Source of the DNA: Pseudomonadota bacterium
GTDB taxonomy: Bacteria; Pseudomonadota; Alphaproteobacteria; Caulobacterales; Hyphomonadaceae
Direction of reading: 5' to 3'
Length of the DNA: 42,651 nucleotides
Assembly (NCBI GenBank): GCA_036338795.1
Contig: JAYZBJ010000175.1
Location: 1-42,651 of the forward strand
Position 1 is the stretch's first letter. The number at the start of each line of letters is the position of its first letter. The position numbers were made by a program, and so were the translations under genes. The notes under the pieces were generated by a model that saw only the letters and a program-made list of their open reading frames with translations, made no database searches and was not told the DNA's origin. This document shows, piece by piece, positions 8,643-18,617 of this stretch.

Positions 8643-10193
8643 ATGGTGGCACGAATAACGACATTTGCCTTTGAGGGCATTGAAGCGAAGCCTGTGGATG
8701 TGCAGGTCCAGATCACATCCGGAAATCCGCATTTCGCCATTGTCGGTCTGCCTGACAAGGCCGTGGGCGAAAGCCGGGAACGGGTTCGTTCCGCTTTCGC
8801 GGCGATCGGCCTCGCCCTGCCGCCGAAACATATCACGATCAATCTTGCGCCTGCTGACCTCCCCAAGGAAGGCAGCCATTACGACCTCGCCATCGCGCTC
8901 GGCCTGCTGGCCGCGATGGGTGTGGTCGCGCCAGACGCCCTCGATGGGTACGCCGCGATTGGTGAGCTCTCGCTGGATGGCACTGTCGGGCGAACACTTG
9001 GGGCTCTGCCTGCAGCCATGGCGGCGCAGGCGATGGATTTGAGGCTGATCTGCCCGGAGGCCTGTGGCCCCGAGGCGGCATGGGCAGGTGAAGGCACATT
9101 GGCTGCTCCCAGTCTGATCGCGATGATCAATCACTTCGCAGGCCGGGCCAGCCTTGCCGCCCCTGTCGCGGGAGAGCTGGAAGTACAAGCCACCGGACCT
9201 GATCTTGCGGACGTCAAAGGCCAGGACGGTGCCAAACGCGTTCTGGAAATCGCTGCGGCAGGCGGCCACAATCTTCTTTTCTGCGGTCCTCCCGGATCAG
9301 GCAAATCCATGCTGGCAAAGCGTCTGCCCGGCCTGTTGCCGCCGCTATCGGCGAATGAGCTGCTTGAGGTCTCGCAAATCCAGTCGGTCGCCGGATTGCT
9401 TGAACGCGGAAAGTTGTCCCGCCAGCGCCCATTTCGTGCTCCGCATCACTCAGCCTCGATGCCCGCACTCGTTGGTGGCGGTATCAAGGCGCGGCCAGGT
9501 GAGGTTTCTCTTGCCCATCACGGCGTCCTTTTCCTGGATGAGCTACCGGAGTTTCCGGCACAGGTTCTCGACAGCCTCCGTCAACCGCTCGAGGACGGGT
9601 CTGTTGTCATCTCGCGCGCCAATCGGCACGTCCATTACCCTGCCCGCTTCCAGCTCGTCGCGGCCATGAACCCATGCCGGTGCGGCGGTGGCCCGGGGAC
9701 GGGCGCCTGTCGGCGCGGCCCCGGCTGTGCGCGCACCTACCAGGCCCGCATTTCAGGCCCCTTCTTCGACCGGCTAGACCTCTTTTTCGATACGCCGCCT
9801 GTCACCGCCATGGACCTCACGCTCCCTGCCCCCAGTGAAGGCTCAAGGGAAGCGGCGGCACGTGTCGCCGCCGCGCGTGCCATCCAGACCGACCGATATG
9901 AAGACGCGCCGAAATCCGGACAGCGTCCGGTCAACGCTGACGCCCCCGCAAACAGCATTGCCAGTATCGCCGCACCAGACGACGCAGCGACGGCGCTCCT
10001 TTCAGATGCCGCCGCGAAACTTGCCCTGTCGGCCCGCGCCTATCACCGCGTCCTGAAGGTTGCGCGAACCATCGCCGATCTGGACGGCACGGACAGCGTC
10101 AGACGCGTACACATTGCCGAAGCCCTCAGCTATCGGCGCCGCCTACCGGAAGACCAGCCCGCGCCCGGCGCTACGCGGTCGCTCGCGCGCTGA
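8643..10193 (+). CDS. comM: YifB/ComM family Mg-chelatase-like AAA+ ATPase (DNA helicase)
   Basis: VGLPDKAVGESRERV, INLAPADLPKEGSHYDL, Walker A GPPGSGKS, PFRAPHHSAS, LFLDE, AAMNPCRCG, LSARAYHRVLKVARTIADL. Confidence 0.93.
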   Translation: MVARITTFAFEGIEAKPVDVQVQITSGNPHFAIVGLPDKAVGESRERVRSAFAAIGLALPPKHITINLAPADLPKEGSHYDLAIALGLLAAMGVVAPDALDGYAAIGELSLDGTVGRTLGALPAAMAAQAMDLRLICPEACGPEAAWAGEGTLAAPSLIAMINHFAGRASLAAPVAGELEVQATGPDLADVKGQDGAKRVLEIAAAGGHNLLFCGPPGSGKSMLAKRLPGLLPPLSANELLEVSQIQSVAGLLERGKLSRQRPFRAPHHSASMPALVGGGIKARPGEVSLAHHGVLFLDELPEFPAQVLDSLRQPLEDGSVVISRANRHVHYPARFQLVAAMNPCRCGGGPGTGACRRGPGCARTYQARISGPFFDRLDLFFDTPPVTAMDLTLPAPSEGSREAAARVAAARAIQTDRYEDAPKSGQRPVNADAPANSIASIAAPDDAATALLSDAAAKLALSARAYHRVLKVARTIADLDGTDSVRRVHIAEALSYRRRLPEDQPAPGATRSLAR

Positions 10194-10232
10194 TCGCTCG
10201 CCGATTAAGCGATTTGTCAGGCATTTGTGTCT

Positions 10233-11717
10233 ATGACCGTCCTCATGACAGAAAATTCCGGCAACCTCTCGCCCGAACAGGCCTTCCTCGCGACGACAAC
10301 CCACGAGATCCGAACACCGCTCAACGGCATTCTCGGAACGGTCTCGCTTCTCCTGGAAACTAAGCTTGATCCTGCCCAGAAGGAATATGCCGAAGCGATC
10401 CACCAGTCCGGCTCACGGTTGCTCGATCTTCTGAACAACGTCCTCGACTTCGCTCGTCTTGATGCGGGTGCGCAAAGCGTTGAGCGGGAACGCTTCCGGG
10501 TGGCGACGCTGGCACGCGAAGTGACAGAGCTGCTTGCCCCAAGGGCCCACAATCGCGGAATTGACCTTGGCGTTCTGGCGCGGCCCGGTGTGCCGGCAGA
10601 GATTGTGGCTGATGCCGGGAAAATTCGCCAGATCCTCTTCAACCTCGTCGGCAACGCGATCAAATTCACGGAGTCCGGCGGCGTCCTAATCGATATCCAT
10701 TACACGGCCGGCCAGATCGAATTCCGGATCATCGACACGGGCCCCGGGATCGCCGCTGAAGACCAGGATCGCCTGTTCGAAGCGTTCCGGCAGTCATCTG
10801 CCGGGGACGCACTGAAAGATGGCGGCGTCGGGCTGGGGCTCGCCATCGTCCGCAAGCTGGCCGACACACTCGGCGGCGATGTCAGCCTTTGTAGCGAGGA
10901 GGGGGCTGGCGCCTGCTTTTCCGTCCGCATCCCGACCGAACACGAAGAGGCGACATTCGATCCGGCGCCGGAGCTGGATTCGGTTCACTCAGTTGTCTTT
11001 GCAGGCCTCAGCAATGCTACCGCTTTGTGCGCCTGGGGAAGCCTGTCCCATGCAGGCGCAAAGGTCAGCCTGGCCGATACCGCTCAGCAGGCCCGCCGCG
11101 CGAAACCGAATGTGATCATCGCCGCGGCCGAAACTCCGGAGCGGTCGCTGCGCGCGATGACCCGGATCGCGCCGACGCTTGTTGTCGTGCGTCCGGGCGA
11201 CCGCGGCCTGATGAGCCGGTTTCACGACATGGGAGCGGCAGGTTGGCTGGTGCGCCCGCTTCGCCACTCTTCCCTGATCGAGCGCACACGTCTGGCCGGC
11301 CAGGGGTCTCCCGCGCCGGACCACGATGAGGAACAGACGCATAACGGCCGCGTTCTCATCGCAGACGACAATCCGGTGAACACGCTGATTGCAAGACGCG
11401 CCTTGGAATCGGCAGGTTTCTCCGTCACAGTCGCCGCGACTGGCCGCGAAGCGGTCGACTTGAGTAAGAGCCTCAAACCGGACCTTGTCTTCATGGATTT
11501 GCGCATGCCGATCATGGATGGATACGACGCGATGAGGGCCTTGCGTTCGGGCGGAGTGGACATCCCGATCATCGCCATTTCCGCAGAGATCAATCCCGAC
11601 ATAGAACGGCGCGCCCGCGCGGCAGGTGCTGACGGGGTGGCTGCCAAGCCGCTCGACGCGGATGCGCTGCGCCGCCTCGCCGTGAACTGGACCGAGCAGA
11701 AGTCAGGCGCTGCATGA
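10233..11717 (+). CDS. shkA: Soluble hybrid histidine kinase (DHp-CA-pseudoREC-REC), ShkA-like
   Basis: HEIRTPLNG H-box within the first ~30 aa with no sensor or TM segment; N/G1/F/G2 boxes; degenerate REC with GWLVRPLR; C-terminal REC (DD, D, KP); lies between comM and ampG. Confidence 0.75.
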   Translation: MTVLMTENSGNLSPEQAFLATTTHEIRTPLNGILGTVSLLLETKLDPAQKEYAEAIHQSGSRLLDLLNNVLDFARLDAGAQSVERERFRVATLAREVTELLAPRAHNRGIDLGVLARPGVPAEIVADAGKIRQILFNLVGNAIKFTESGGVLIDIHYTAGQIEFRIIDTGPGIAAEDQDRLFEAFRQSSAGDALKDGGVGLGLAIVRKLADTLGGDVSLCSEEGAGACFSVRIPTEHEEATFDPAPELDSVHSVVFAGLSNATALCAWGSLSHAGAKVSLADTAQQARRAKPNVIIAAAETPERSLRAMTRIAPTLVVVRPGDRGLMSRFHDMGAAGWLVRPLRHSSLIERTRLAGQGSPAPDHDEEQTHNGRVLIADDNPVNTLIARRALESAGFSVTVAATGREAVDLSKSLKPDLVFMDLRMPIMDGYDAMRALRSGGVDIPIIAISAEINPDIERRARAAGADGVAAKPLDADALRRLAVNWTEQKSGAA

Positions 11718-13177
11718 GCGACACACCTTCAGCGGCCAACCAGCGCCGCGAAACTCTTGGCACCGCGTTCAGGAAATACCTGAAGCCCACAATGGCGTTC
11801 ATGCTGGTGCTCGGTTTCGCATCCGGCCTGCCGCTGATGATGGTCTTCTCGAAGCTGTCCTTCTGGCTGCGAGAAGCGGGCATCGACCGCGCCTCGATTG
11901 GCGGCCTCTATGCAGTGTCCTTCGCCTACTCCCTGAAATTCCTCTGGGCGCCGGCCGTTGACCGGATACGTCTTCCCATTCTGAAAAGCCTGCTGGGCCA
12001 GCGGCGAAGCTGGATGATCCTGGCCATCAGCGGCACCGCGCTTGGCCTGTTCCTGATCAGCTCGACGGACCCGGCGGTCGCGATCCTACCAACCGTGATT
12101 GGCGCGCTTGTGCTCGCTTTTTCCGGTGCCACGCTGGATATCGCTGTCGATGCCTGGCGGATCGAGTCCGCCCCCAATGACGAGCAGGCCAACATGGCGG
12201 CCGTTTACAATCTCGGCTACCGGTTCGCCATCATGTTTTCCGGGTTCGGCATGGTGATCGCTGGCGCAACCAGCTGGCACTTTGCCTACGCTCTCATGGC
12301 GGCCGTAATGCTGACAATCGGCGCTATCGTGATCTTCTTTATCTCCGAACCTGAACAGACCGAGCGTCTGAAGGAGGAAGGAAAATCCTTCGCCCTGAAG
12401 GTCAAGGACGCCGTCGTCGAGCCGTTCTGGCAGCTCGTGCGGAAGTTCGGCGTGTGGGCATTGCCGGTTGCCGGTGTCGTCACGCTTTATCGCATCAGTG
12501 ACTTCACAATGGGCGTCATGGCCAGCCCCTTCTATGTCGACCTGGGCTACAGTCGTGAGACAGTCGGCTGGATCCAGGGCGTGCTGGGGCCGTGGCCAAT
12601 CATTGTCGGCGGATTTGTCGGCGGGTTCGTAGCGGTCCGGTACAGCCTGATGCCAGCGCTGATCGCGGGCGGCATCATCACCTTGCTGACAAACGGCGCG
12701 TTTGCGGCCCTTGCCCTGCTGGCCGGTCCTGATCTCGATATCGTCGCCAAGGCCGTATCAGAGGGCGTCGCGCCGCCACCTGGCGCAGAGGTCAACACGC
12801 CCAGCGTCTGGGCGCTCATGGGCGTGATCGTGGCGGATAATCTGGCCGCAGGCTATGTCGGCTCGGTCTTCATCGCTTACATGTCGTCTCTCGCCGACCG
12901 AAAGTTTGCCGCGACGCAGTATGCGCTGCTCAGCTCAGCCTATTCGTTCTTCTGCAAGCTCGCAGCGACGACCACATCGGGGCCCCTATCCGAGGCCATT
13001 GGTTGGGCTGGCTTCTTTACGGTCACGGCGCTCTACACGTTGCCGCCAATCGCATTGATCATATTCATCATGAAGTATGGTCCAGACCGGGCGAAAGGCA
13101 TCCGGATCGACGAGTCGGACGACCTGCACGGCGAAGACGCGCCTGCAGCTGAAAGCCCTGCAAGCGCGCGACGCTAG
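11714..13177 (+). CDS. ampG: AmpG family muropeptide MFS transporter
   Basis: LGFASGLP, KFLWAPAVD, LGQRRSW, ATLDIAVDAWRIE, ATQYALLSS; ATGA overlap with kinase stop. Confidence 0.9.
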   Translation: MSDTPSAANQRRETLGTAFRKYLKPTMAFMLVLGFASGLPLMMVFSKLSFWLREAGIDRASIGGLYAVSFAYSLKFLWAPAVDRIRLPILKSLLGQRRSWMILAISGTALGLFLISSTDPAVAILPTVIGALVLAFSGATLDIAVDAWRIESAPNDEQANMAAVYNLGYRFAIMFSGFGMVIAGATSWHFAYALMAAVMLTIGAIVIFFISEPEQTERLKEEGKSFALKVKDAVVEPFWQLVRKFGVWALPVAGVVTLYRISDFTMGVMASPFYVDLGYSRETVGWIQGVLGPWPIIVGGFVGGFVAVRYSLMPALIAGGIITLLTNGAFAALALLAGPDLDIVAKAVSEGVAPPPGAEVNTPSVWALMGVIVADNLAAGYVGSVFIAYMSSLADRKFAATQYALLSSAYSFFCKLAATTTSGPLSEAIGWAGFFTVTALYTLPPIALIIFIMKYGPDRAKGIRIDESDDLHGEDAPAAESPASARR

Positions 13178-13201
13178 TCCCTGAATGGGTGTTCCCCGAC
13201 G

Positions 13202-15490
13202 CTATTCAGCCGGGGTGTTGTGCACCAACTGGTCGATATCGAAAGCCGCAAAGGTAGCCAGGTTCACGATATCCGAAACAGTTGCGCCGAGTGAGGCGAT
13301 CTGGATCGGCTTCTCGAAACCAAGCAGAATCGGCCCAATAACCGTTGCGCGGCTCATTGACGTGAGAAGCTTCGTCGCAATGGCTGCCGAATGGATCGCC
13401 GGCATGACGAGCACGTTTGCAGCATCGGTCAGGCGAGAGAACGGGTACATGAGCTTGTGGCCCGGATTCATCGCCACATCGACCGAGATGTCGCCTTCAT
13501 ATTCGAAGTCGATATCATCGCGGGCATCCAGCATGGCCACTGCTTCGCGAACCTTTTCCATCCGCTCGCCATACGGGTTGCCGAAGGTCGAGTAGGACAC
13601 GAAAGCCACGCGCGGCACGAAGCCGAGGCTGTTCACGGCCGACGCGGCTTCTTCTGCGATGCCAACGAGGTCTTCAGCGACGGGCAGCTCGGTGATGGAA
13701 GTATCAGCGATGAAGATCGTCTTGCCCTGGTTCACCACCATCGACATGCCGATGACCTGACGGTCCTCAATCGGGTCGAGGACGAGCTGAACGTCCTTCA
13801 GCGCGACGTCATAGTTCCGCGTCACACCAGTAACCATGCCGTCGGCGTCACCAAACTTCAGCATGCAGGAGCCGAAGATGTTCCGGTCCTGGTTGACGAG
13901 ACGCTGAACGTCGCGGCGCAGGAAGCCCTGACGCTTCAGGCGATCGTACAGATAGTCGGTATATTCCGGGTTCCGGTCAGACAGGCGCGCATTGATGATA
14001 TCGAGCGACCCTTCCGGCACGCCCATCTGTTGCATCGCGCGGGTGACCTGCTCTTCGCGGCCAATCAGGATCGGATGGCCGAGCCCCTGGTTCTTGAACG
14101 AGAATGCCGCGCGAACGACGGACGGCTCCTCACCCTCCGCAAACACGATGCGTGGCTGCTTCTCGCGGACAGCGGCCTGGACCCCCTGCAGGAAGGATGC
14201 TGTCGGATCGAGGCGACGGGCGAGTGAGCGACGATATTCATCCATGTCCGGGATGGGCGTCCGGGCAACGCCGGTATCCATCGCAGCCTGCGCCACGAAG
14301 GGTGGAATGAAGCTGATCAGTCGCGGGTCAAACGGCGTGGGAATGATGTAGTCCTTGCCGAACTGCGGACGCGAGCCGTGGTAGGCGGCAGCGACTTCAT
14401 CCGGCACGTCTTCGCGGGCAAGCTCTGCGAGCGCCTGCGCGGCAGCGACTTTCATCTCTTCGTTGATTGACCGCGCACGGACGTCGAGTGCGCCGCGGAA
14501 GATGTAAGGAAAGCCGAGGACGTTGTTGACCTGGTTCGGATAGTCCGAACGGCCCGTCGCAATGATGGCGTCATCGCGGACGGACTTGATGTCCTCCGGG
14601 GTGATCTCCGGGTCCGGGTTGGCCATGGCGAAGATAATCGGATTCGGAGCCATGGATTTCACCATGTCCTTCGTCACCGCGCCGGCGATCGACAGCCCGA
14701 GGAGGACGTCTGCGCCTTCCATGGCTTCGGTGAGCGTCCGTTTGGTGGTCTTGACCGCGAAGCCAGACTTGAACTGATCCATCTTCTCGGTGCGGCCTTC
14801 ATAGACCACGCCGGTGGAGTCGCACATCAGGATGTTCTCAGGCTTCACGCCGAGATGGCGGATGAGGCCGGCGCAGGAAAGACCTGCGGCGCCCGCGCCA
14901 GAGATGGCGACCTTAACGTCTTCCAGCTTGCGATTGGTCAGGTAGCAGGCATTGATCAGGCCAGCTGCTGCGATAATCGCGGTGCCGTGCTGGTCGTCGT
15001 GGAAGACCGGAATATCCAGCTCTTCGCGAAGACGGCTCTCGATGATGAAGCATTCCGGGCTGGCAATATCTTCGAGGTTGATGCCGCCCCAGGTTTCACC
15101 AATGTTGCGAACCGTCGAAATGAACTCTTCAGTATCAGTGGTCTGCACTTCGACATCGATCGAGTCGACGTCGGCGAAGCGCTTGAAGAGGACGGACTTG
15201 CCCTCCATGACCGGCTTCGACGCCATGGCCCCGAGATTGCCAAGTCCGAGAATGGCCGTGCCGTTCGAGATTACGGCGACCATGTTGCCTTTCGAGGTAT
15301 ACTCGTAAGCGAGATCCTCATTCTCCGCGATCGCCTTGACCGGGACGGCAACGCCCGGGCTGTAGGCCAGCGAGAGGTCCCGCTGGGTCGACATCGGCTT
15401 TGTCGGCGAAACGGACAATTTGCCCGGCTGCGGATGGCGGTGGAATTCGAGCGCTTCCTTGTCCGTGAATGTCGGGCGCTTGGACGTCAT
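13202..15490 (-). CDS. maeB: NADP-dependent malic enzyme fused to a phosphotransacetylase-like domain
   Basis: LSLAYSPGVA, SKPVMEGK, FHDDQHGTA, GAGAAG, ATGRSDYPNQVNNVLGFP; C-terminal PTA-like domain (FAEGEE, YSTFG). Confidence 0.95.
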   Translation of the reverse strand: MTSKRPTFTDKEALEFHRHPQPGKLSVSPTKPMSTQRDLSLAYSPGVAVPVKAIAENEDLAYEYTSKGNMVAVISNGTAILGLGNLGAMASKPVMEGKSVLFKRFADVDSIDVEVQTTDTEEFISTVRNIGETWGGINLEDIASPECFIIESRLREELDIPVFHDDQHGTAIIAAAGLINACYLTNRKLEDVKVAISGAGAAGLSCAGLIRHLGVKPENILMCDSTGVVYEGRTEKMDQFKSGFAVKTTKRTLTEAMEGADVLLGLSIAGAVTKDMVKSMAPNPIIFAMANPDPEITPEDIKSVRDDAIIATGRSDYPNQVNNVLGFPYIFRGALDVRARSINEEMKVAAAQALAELAREDVPDEVAAAYHGSRPQFGKDYIIPTPFDPRLISFIPPFVAQAAMDTGVARTPIPDMDEYRRSLARRLDPTASFLQGVQAAVREKQPRIVFAEGEEPSVVRAAFSFKNQGLGHPILIGREEQVTRAMQQMGVPEGSLDIINARLSDRNPEYTDYLYDRLKRQGFLRRDVQRLVNQDRNIFGSCMLKFGDADGMVTGVTRNYDVALKDVQLVLDPIEDRQVIGMSMVVNQGKTIFIADTSITELPVAEDLVGIAEEAASAVNSLGFVPRVAFVSYSTFGNPYGERMEKVREAVAMLDARDDIDFEYEGDISVDVAMNPGHKLMYPFSRLTDAANVLVMPAIHSAAIATKLLTSMSRATVIGPILLGFEKPIQIASLGATVSDIVNLATFAAFDIDQLVHNTPAE

Positions 15491-15626
15491 TGCGGTGAGC
15501 CTTCAGTGCATTTTATATATACAGGTTGGCGCTCACCTCTAAGCCGCTCCGCATTGGCGGACAACCCGCTTCAGCCTGCTTATTTCCATTGCAGCGCACC
15601 TATGCGAATCCCTTAATCATGCCGCC

Positions 15627-18314
15627 ATGCCCGATACGCAGATGACCGCACCAGCCGCGAAAGCGCCCACGCCCTTCATGGCGCAATACCTCGAGATCAA
15701 ATCGAAGCACGCCGATGCGCTGCTATTCTTCCGCATGGGCGATTTCTACGAGCTGTTTTTCGAGGACGCTGTCCGGGCAGCGGAAATCCTCGACATCACG
15801 CTGACGGCACGTGGTGAGCATGAAGGACAACCGATACCGATGGCCGGCGTGCCATTCCATTCGGCCGAGCCTTACCTCGCCCGGCTGATCAAGTCTGGTG
15901 AGCGCGTGGCCGTTTGCGAACAGACGGAAAGCCCCGCCGAAGCAAAGAAACGCGGCTCGAAGGCCATCGTGAACCGTGAGGTGGTTCGCATCGTCACGCC
16001 CGGCACGATTACGGAAGACACCATCCTGTCTGCGCGGCAGGGGCAGGCGCTTGTCGCGCTCGCCTTCACGAATGGCGGCGCCGACGCCGCCATTGCGGCC
16101 TGCGATGTGTCGACCGGCGCGCTTGAAATCCGCGACATCCGGCCCGAACAAATGGCTGACCAGATTGCCGCACTTCCCGTGAGCGAACTGCTGGTGACGG
16201 AGGAAGATGAAGCCCGCCCGCTGGTGCGCCAGGCGCTTTCAGCCTTTCGCGTTCCGGTCACACGTCGGCCCAAGCGAGCCGCGTCCGCCAAGGAAGGTGA
16301 GGCCGCGCTCAAGTCGGCTTACAAGGTCGCGGCGCTCGATGCCTTCGGCGAGTTTTCTCGCGCGGAGCTTTCGGCTGCGGCCTTGCTGCTCGACTATCTC
16401 ACGCTCACGCAGGCGGGCGCGGATATTCGCCTCGACGTGCCGCGGCGTGGATCGGCCCGCAAGCGCCTCGCAATCGATCCCGCGACACGCGCAAGCCTGG
16501 AGATTGACACAGCTATTCGCGGCGGACGAGCGGGGACATTGCTTGCCACGGTCGACCGCACATTGACTGCACCGGGCGCGCGCCTGCTTGCTGCTCGCCT
16601 GTCTGAGCCCGAATGTGACGCCGGAGAGATTGCTTCTCGCCATGATGCGGTCTCCTTCTTTCTCGAGGAGCCATCTCTCACCGAAGATATTCGCGACGCG
16701 CTCAAGGCTGTGCCGGATCTCGAACGGGCCCGAACCCGCATCAGGCTGGAACGCGGCGGCCCGCGTGACCTCAAGGCTATTGCAGATGCGCTTGGCGGAG
16801 GCGGGACTATTGCCGCGCACCTCTCAAGCAATCGGACTGGCCTTCCCGGCCCGCTGGCCGAAGCCGCTGCCGCGCTGACCCCACAAGAGTGTCCCGAACT
16901 GGATACGCTGGCGAGAGACCTTGCCACTGCGCTCGACGAAGAGCTGCCCGCGCTCGCCCGCGATGGAGGCTTCATCGCTGAAGGGTGGGATGAGAGCCTT
17001 GATGAGTTCAGGGCCCTCCGAAAGGATTCCCGTCAGATCATCGCGGCTTTGCAGGCACGATATGCCGAACAAACCGGCATCAGCGCGCTGAAGATCAAAT
17101 TTAACAATGTGCTGGGCTACTTCATCGATGTGCCGGCACGCCACGGTGATGCCCTGCTGAAACCGCCACACGCAGAGACATTCATTCACCGGCAGACGCT
17201 GGCATCAAACATCCGCTTCTCCACGTCGGAGCTGTCTGACCTGGCTGGCAAGATTTCACGCGCCGAGGAAGCGTCGACGGCCCGCGAACTCGAACTGTTC
17301 CGGGAATTGTGCGCGCGTGTCGAAGCAGTCAATGAAGCCATTAGCGCTGCGGCGCATGCACTGGCTGTAATTGATGTCGCCGCAGCGTCGGCTGCCTGGG
17401 CCGAGGAAGCAGGCGCCGTACGCCCGGAGATCGCAAACGAGCCCGTATTTGATGCCGAAGGCCTGCGCCATCCTGTTGTGGAGGCGGCCTTGCGAAAAGC
17501 GGGCGAAGGCTTCACTGCAAATGACCTGTGCCTCGACGCAGCTGGAGGCGCGGGCGCCAGGCTCGCCATTGTCACCGGGCCGAACATGGCCGGCAAGTCG
17601 ACCTTCCTGCGCCAGGCCTGTCTGGCCATTGTTCTCGCCCAGGCTGGCCTGTTCGTTCCGGCGAAACGATTGCGCATTGGCCTTTCGGACCGCGTTTTTT
17701 CACGCGTGGGTGCCTCGGATGACCTCTCTCGTGGCCGCTCGACTTTCATGGTCGAGATGGTTGAAACCGCCGCGATCCTCAGCCAGGCAACGCCGCAAAG
17801 CTTCGTCATCCTTGATGAAGTCGGTCGTGGGACCTCGACATATGATGGCCTCGCCATCGCCTGGTCAGCTGTCGAGCATCTTCACGGCGTGAACAAGTGC
17901 CGGGCGCTCTTCGCGACGCACTATCACGAGCTGACCGGGCTTGCCGATGAGCTTGAGCACGCCACCAATCTCAGCCTGCGGGCCAAGGAGTGGAAAGACG
18001 AGCTCGTCTTTCTTCACGATGTGCAGGCCGGCCCGGCGGATCGCTCCTATGGCGTTCAGGTGGCGCGGCTGGCCGGCCTGCCTTCGCGCGCCGTCAGACG
18101 CGCCGAGCAAATCTTAAAACAGTTGGAATCCAAGCCCGGATCGGTAGAAACGCTTCCGCTTTTCGCCGCGACCTCTTCGCCAGAGCCAGAGTATCCGGAA
18201 GTAGAAAGCAAGGTAGAACTTCTACTCGACACGATTGACCCAGATGGCCTCACGCCGCGCGAAGCGCTTGAAATCGTGTACCGGCTGAAAGCGGCCAAGT
18301 CCGCAACAGACTGA
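15627..18314 (+). CDS. mutS: DNA mismatch repair protein MutS
   Basis: [64 protein letters not shown]. Confidence 0.98.
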   Translation: MPDTQMTAPAAKAPTPFMAQYLEIKSKHADALLFFRMGDFYELFFEDAVRAAEILDITLTARGEHEGQPIPMAGVPFHSAEPYLARLIKSGERVAVCEQTESPAEAKKRGSKAIVNREVVRIVTPGTITEDTILSARQGQALVALAFTNGGADAAIAACDVSTGALEIRDIRPEQMADQIAALPVSELLVTEEDEARPLVRQALSAFRVPVTRRPKRAASAKEGEAALKSAYKVAALDAFGEFSRAELSAAALLLDYLTLTQAGADIRLDVPRRGSARKRLAIDPATRASLEIDTAIRGGRAGTLLATVDRTLTAPGARLLAARLSEPECDAGEIASRHDAVSFFLEEPSLTEDIRDALKAVPDLERARTRIRLERGGPRDLKAIADALGGGGTIAAHLSSNRTGLPGPLAEAAAALTPQECPELDTLARDLATALDEELPALARDGGFIAEGWDESLDEFRALRKDSRQIIAALQARYAEQTGISALKIKFNNVLGYFIDVPARHGDALLKPPHAETFIHRQTLASNIRFSTSELSDLAGKISRAEEASTARELELFRELCARVEAVNEAISAAAHALAVIDVAAASAAWAEEAGAVRPEIANEPVFDAEGLRHPVVEAALRKAGEGFTANDLCLDAAGGAGARLAIVTGPNMAGKSTFLRQACLAIVLAQAGLFVPAKRLRIGLSDRVFSRVGASDDLSRGRSTFMVEMVETAAILSQATPQSFVILDEVGRGTSTYDGLAIAWSAVEHLHGVNKCRALFATHYHELTGLADELEHATNLSLRAKEWKDELVFLHDVQAGPADRSYGVQVARLAGLPSRAVRRAEQILKQLESKPGSVETLPLFAATSSPEPEYPEVESKVELLLDTIDPDGLTPREALEIVYRLKAAKSATD

Positions 18315-18320
18315 TCCACA
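18312..18320 (+). promoter_or_regulatory. DnaA box (TGATCCACA, Caulobacter G-box type) overlapping the mutS stop
   Basis: Exact 9-mer TGATCCACA. Confidence 0.55.
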
Positions 18321-18359
18321 CCGTGCCGCGCGACACATGATTCCCCTGTTCGGAAGAGC

Positions 18360-18368
18360 TGTGGATAA
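18360..18368 (-). promoter_or_regulatory. Perfect DnaA box (TTATCCACA)
   Basis: TGTGGATAA on + strand, opposite orientation to the 18312 box. Confidence 0.65.
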
Positions 18369-18444
18369 GCCACTCCCGTCGTCGGAGAAAAAACGCGATT
18401 TTTATTGGTAAACACCCGAAAAACCGGGCGACCAAGTCTTGTCA

Positions 18445-18459
18445 TTAACAAAAATTTAA
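18445..18459. promoter_or_regulatory. CtrA binding site (TTAA-N7-TTAA)
   Basis: TTAA-CAAAAAT-TTAA in an AT-rich intergenic stretch. Confidence 0.75.
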
Positions 18460-18472
18460 GCGCAGAATAAGG

Positions 18473-18617
18473 TTGTCGACGCCAGCCCGGTCACGGCCAC
18501 ATTCGGTAATGGGGGACAACGTGGCCATGACTAGACTGGCGTCCGTTCGCAGCAACGGCTCCAGCCTTTAGAGCTACCTCTCAAGGTCCAGGGACGGGAC
18601 CTGGGCGGCGTCGACAA
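18473..18617. ncRNA. Candidate structured small RNA (family not identified)
   Basis: Terminal 11-bp IR TTGTCGACGCC/GGCGTCGACAA; 23-bp hairpin 18478-18543; small hairpins CCGTT/AACGG, AGAG/CTCT, AGGTCC/GGACCT; no credible ORF. Confidence 0.55.

Noticed and set aside
7818-9269. 483-aa - strand ORF spanning gshB, the lipoprotein and comM
   Set aside because: Antisense to three well-supported genes, with no recognisable domain
10205-10219. Possible CtrA site before the ShkA-like gene
   Set aside because: Only one TTAA half-site; second half (GTCA) too degenerate to call
13391-15616. Long + strand ORFs opposite maeB
   Set aside because: Antisense shadows caused by codon bias
18473-18617. Retron msr-msd interpretation of the structured element (terminal IRs, short hairpins, one long hairpin)
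   Set aside because: No reverse transcriptase in the window, and the long hairpin overlaps one terminal repeat; kept only as an sRNA candidate
18473-18617. 6S RNA, SRP RNA or tRNA identity for the element
   Set aside because: No 6S-type rod with central bubble or zapA/ygfA context, no SRP GGAA-loop motif, no cloverleaf or T-loop
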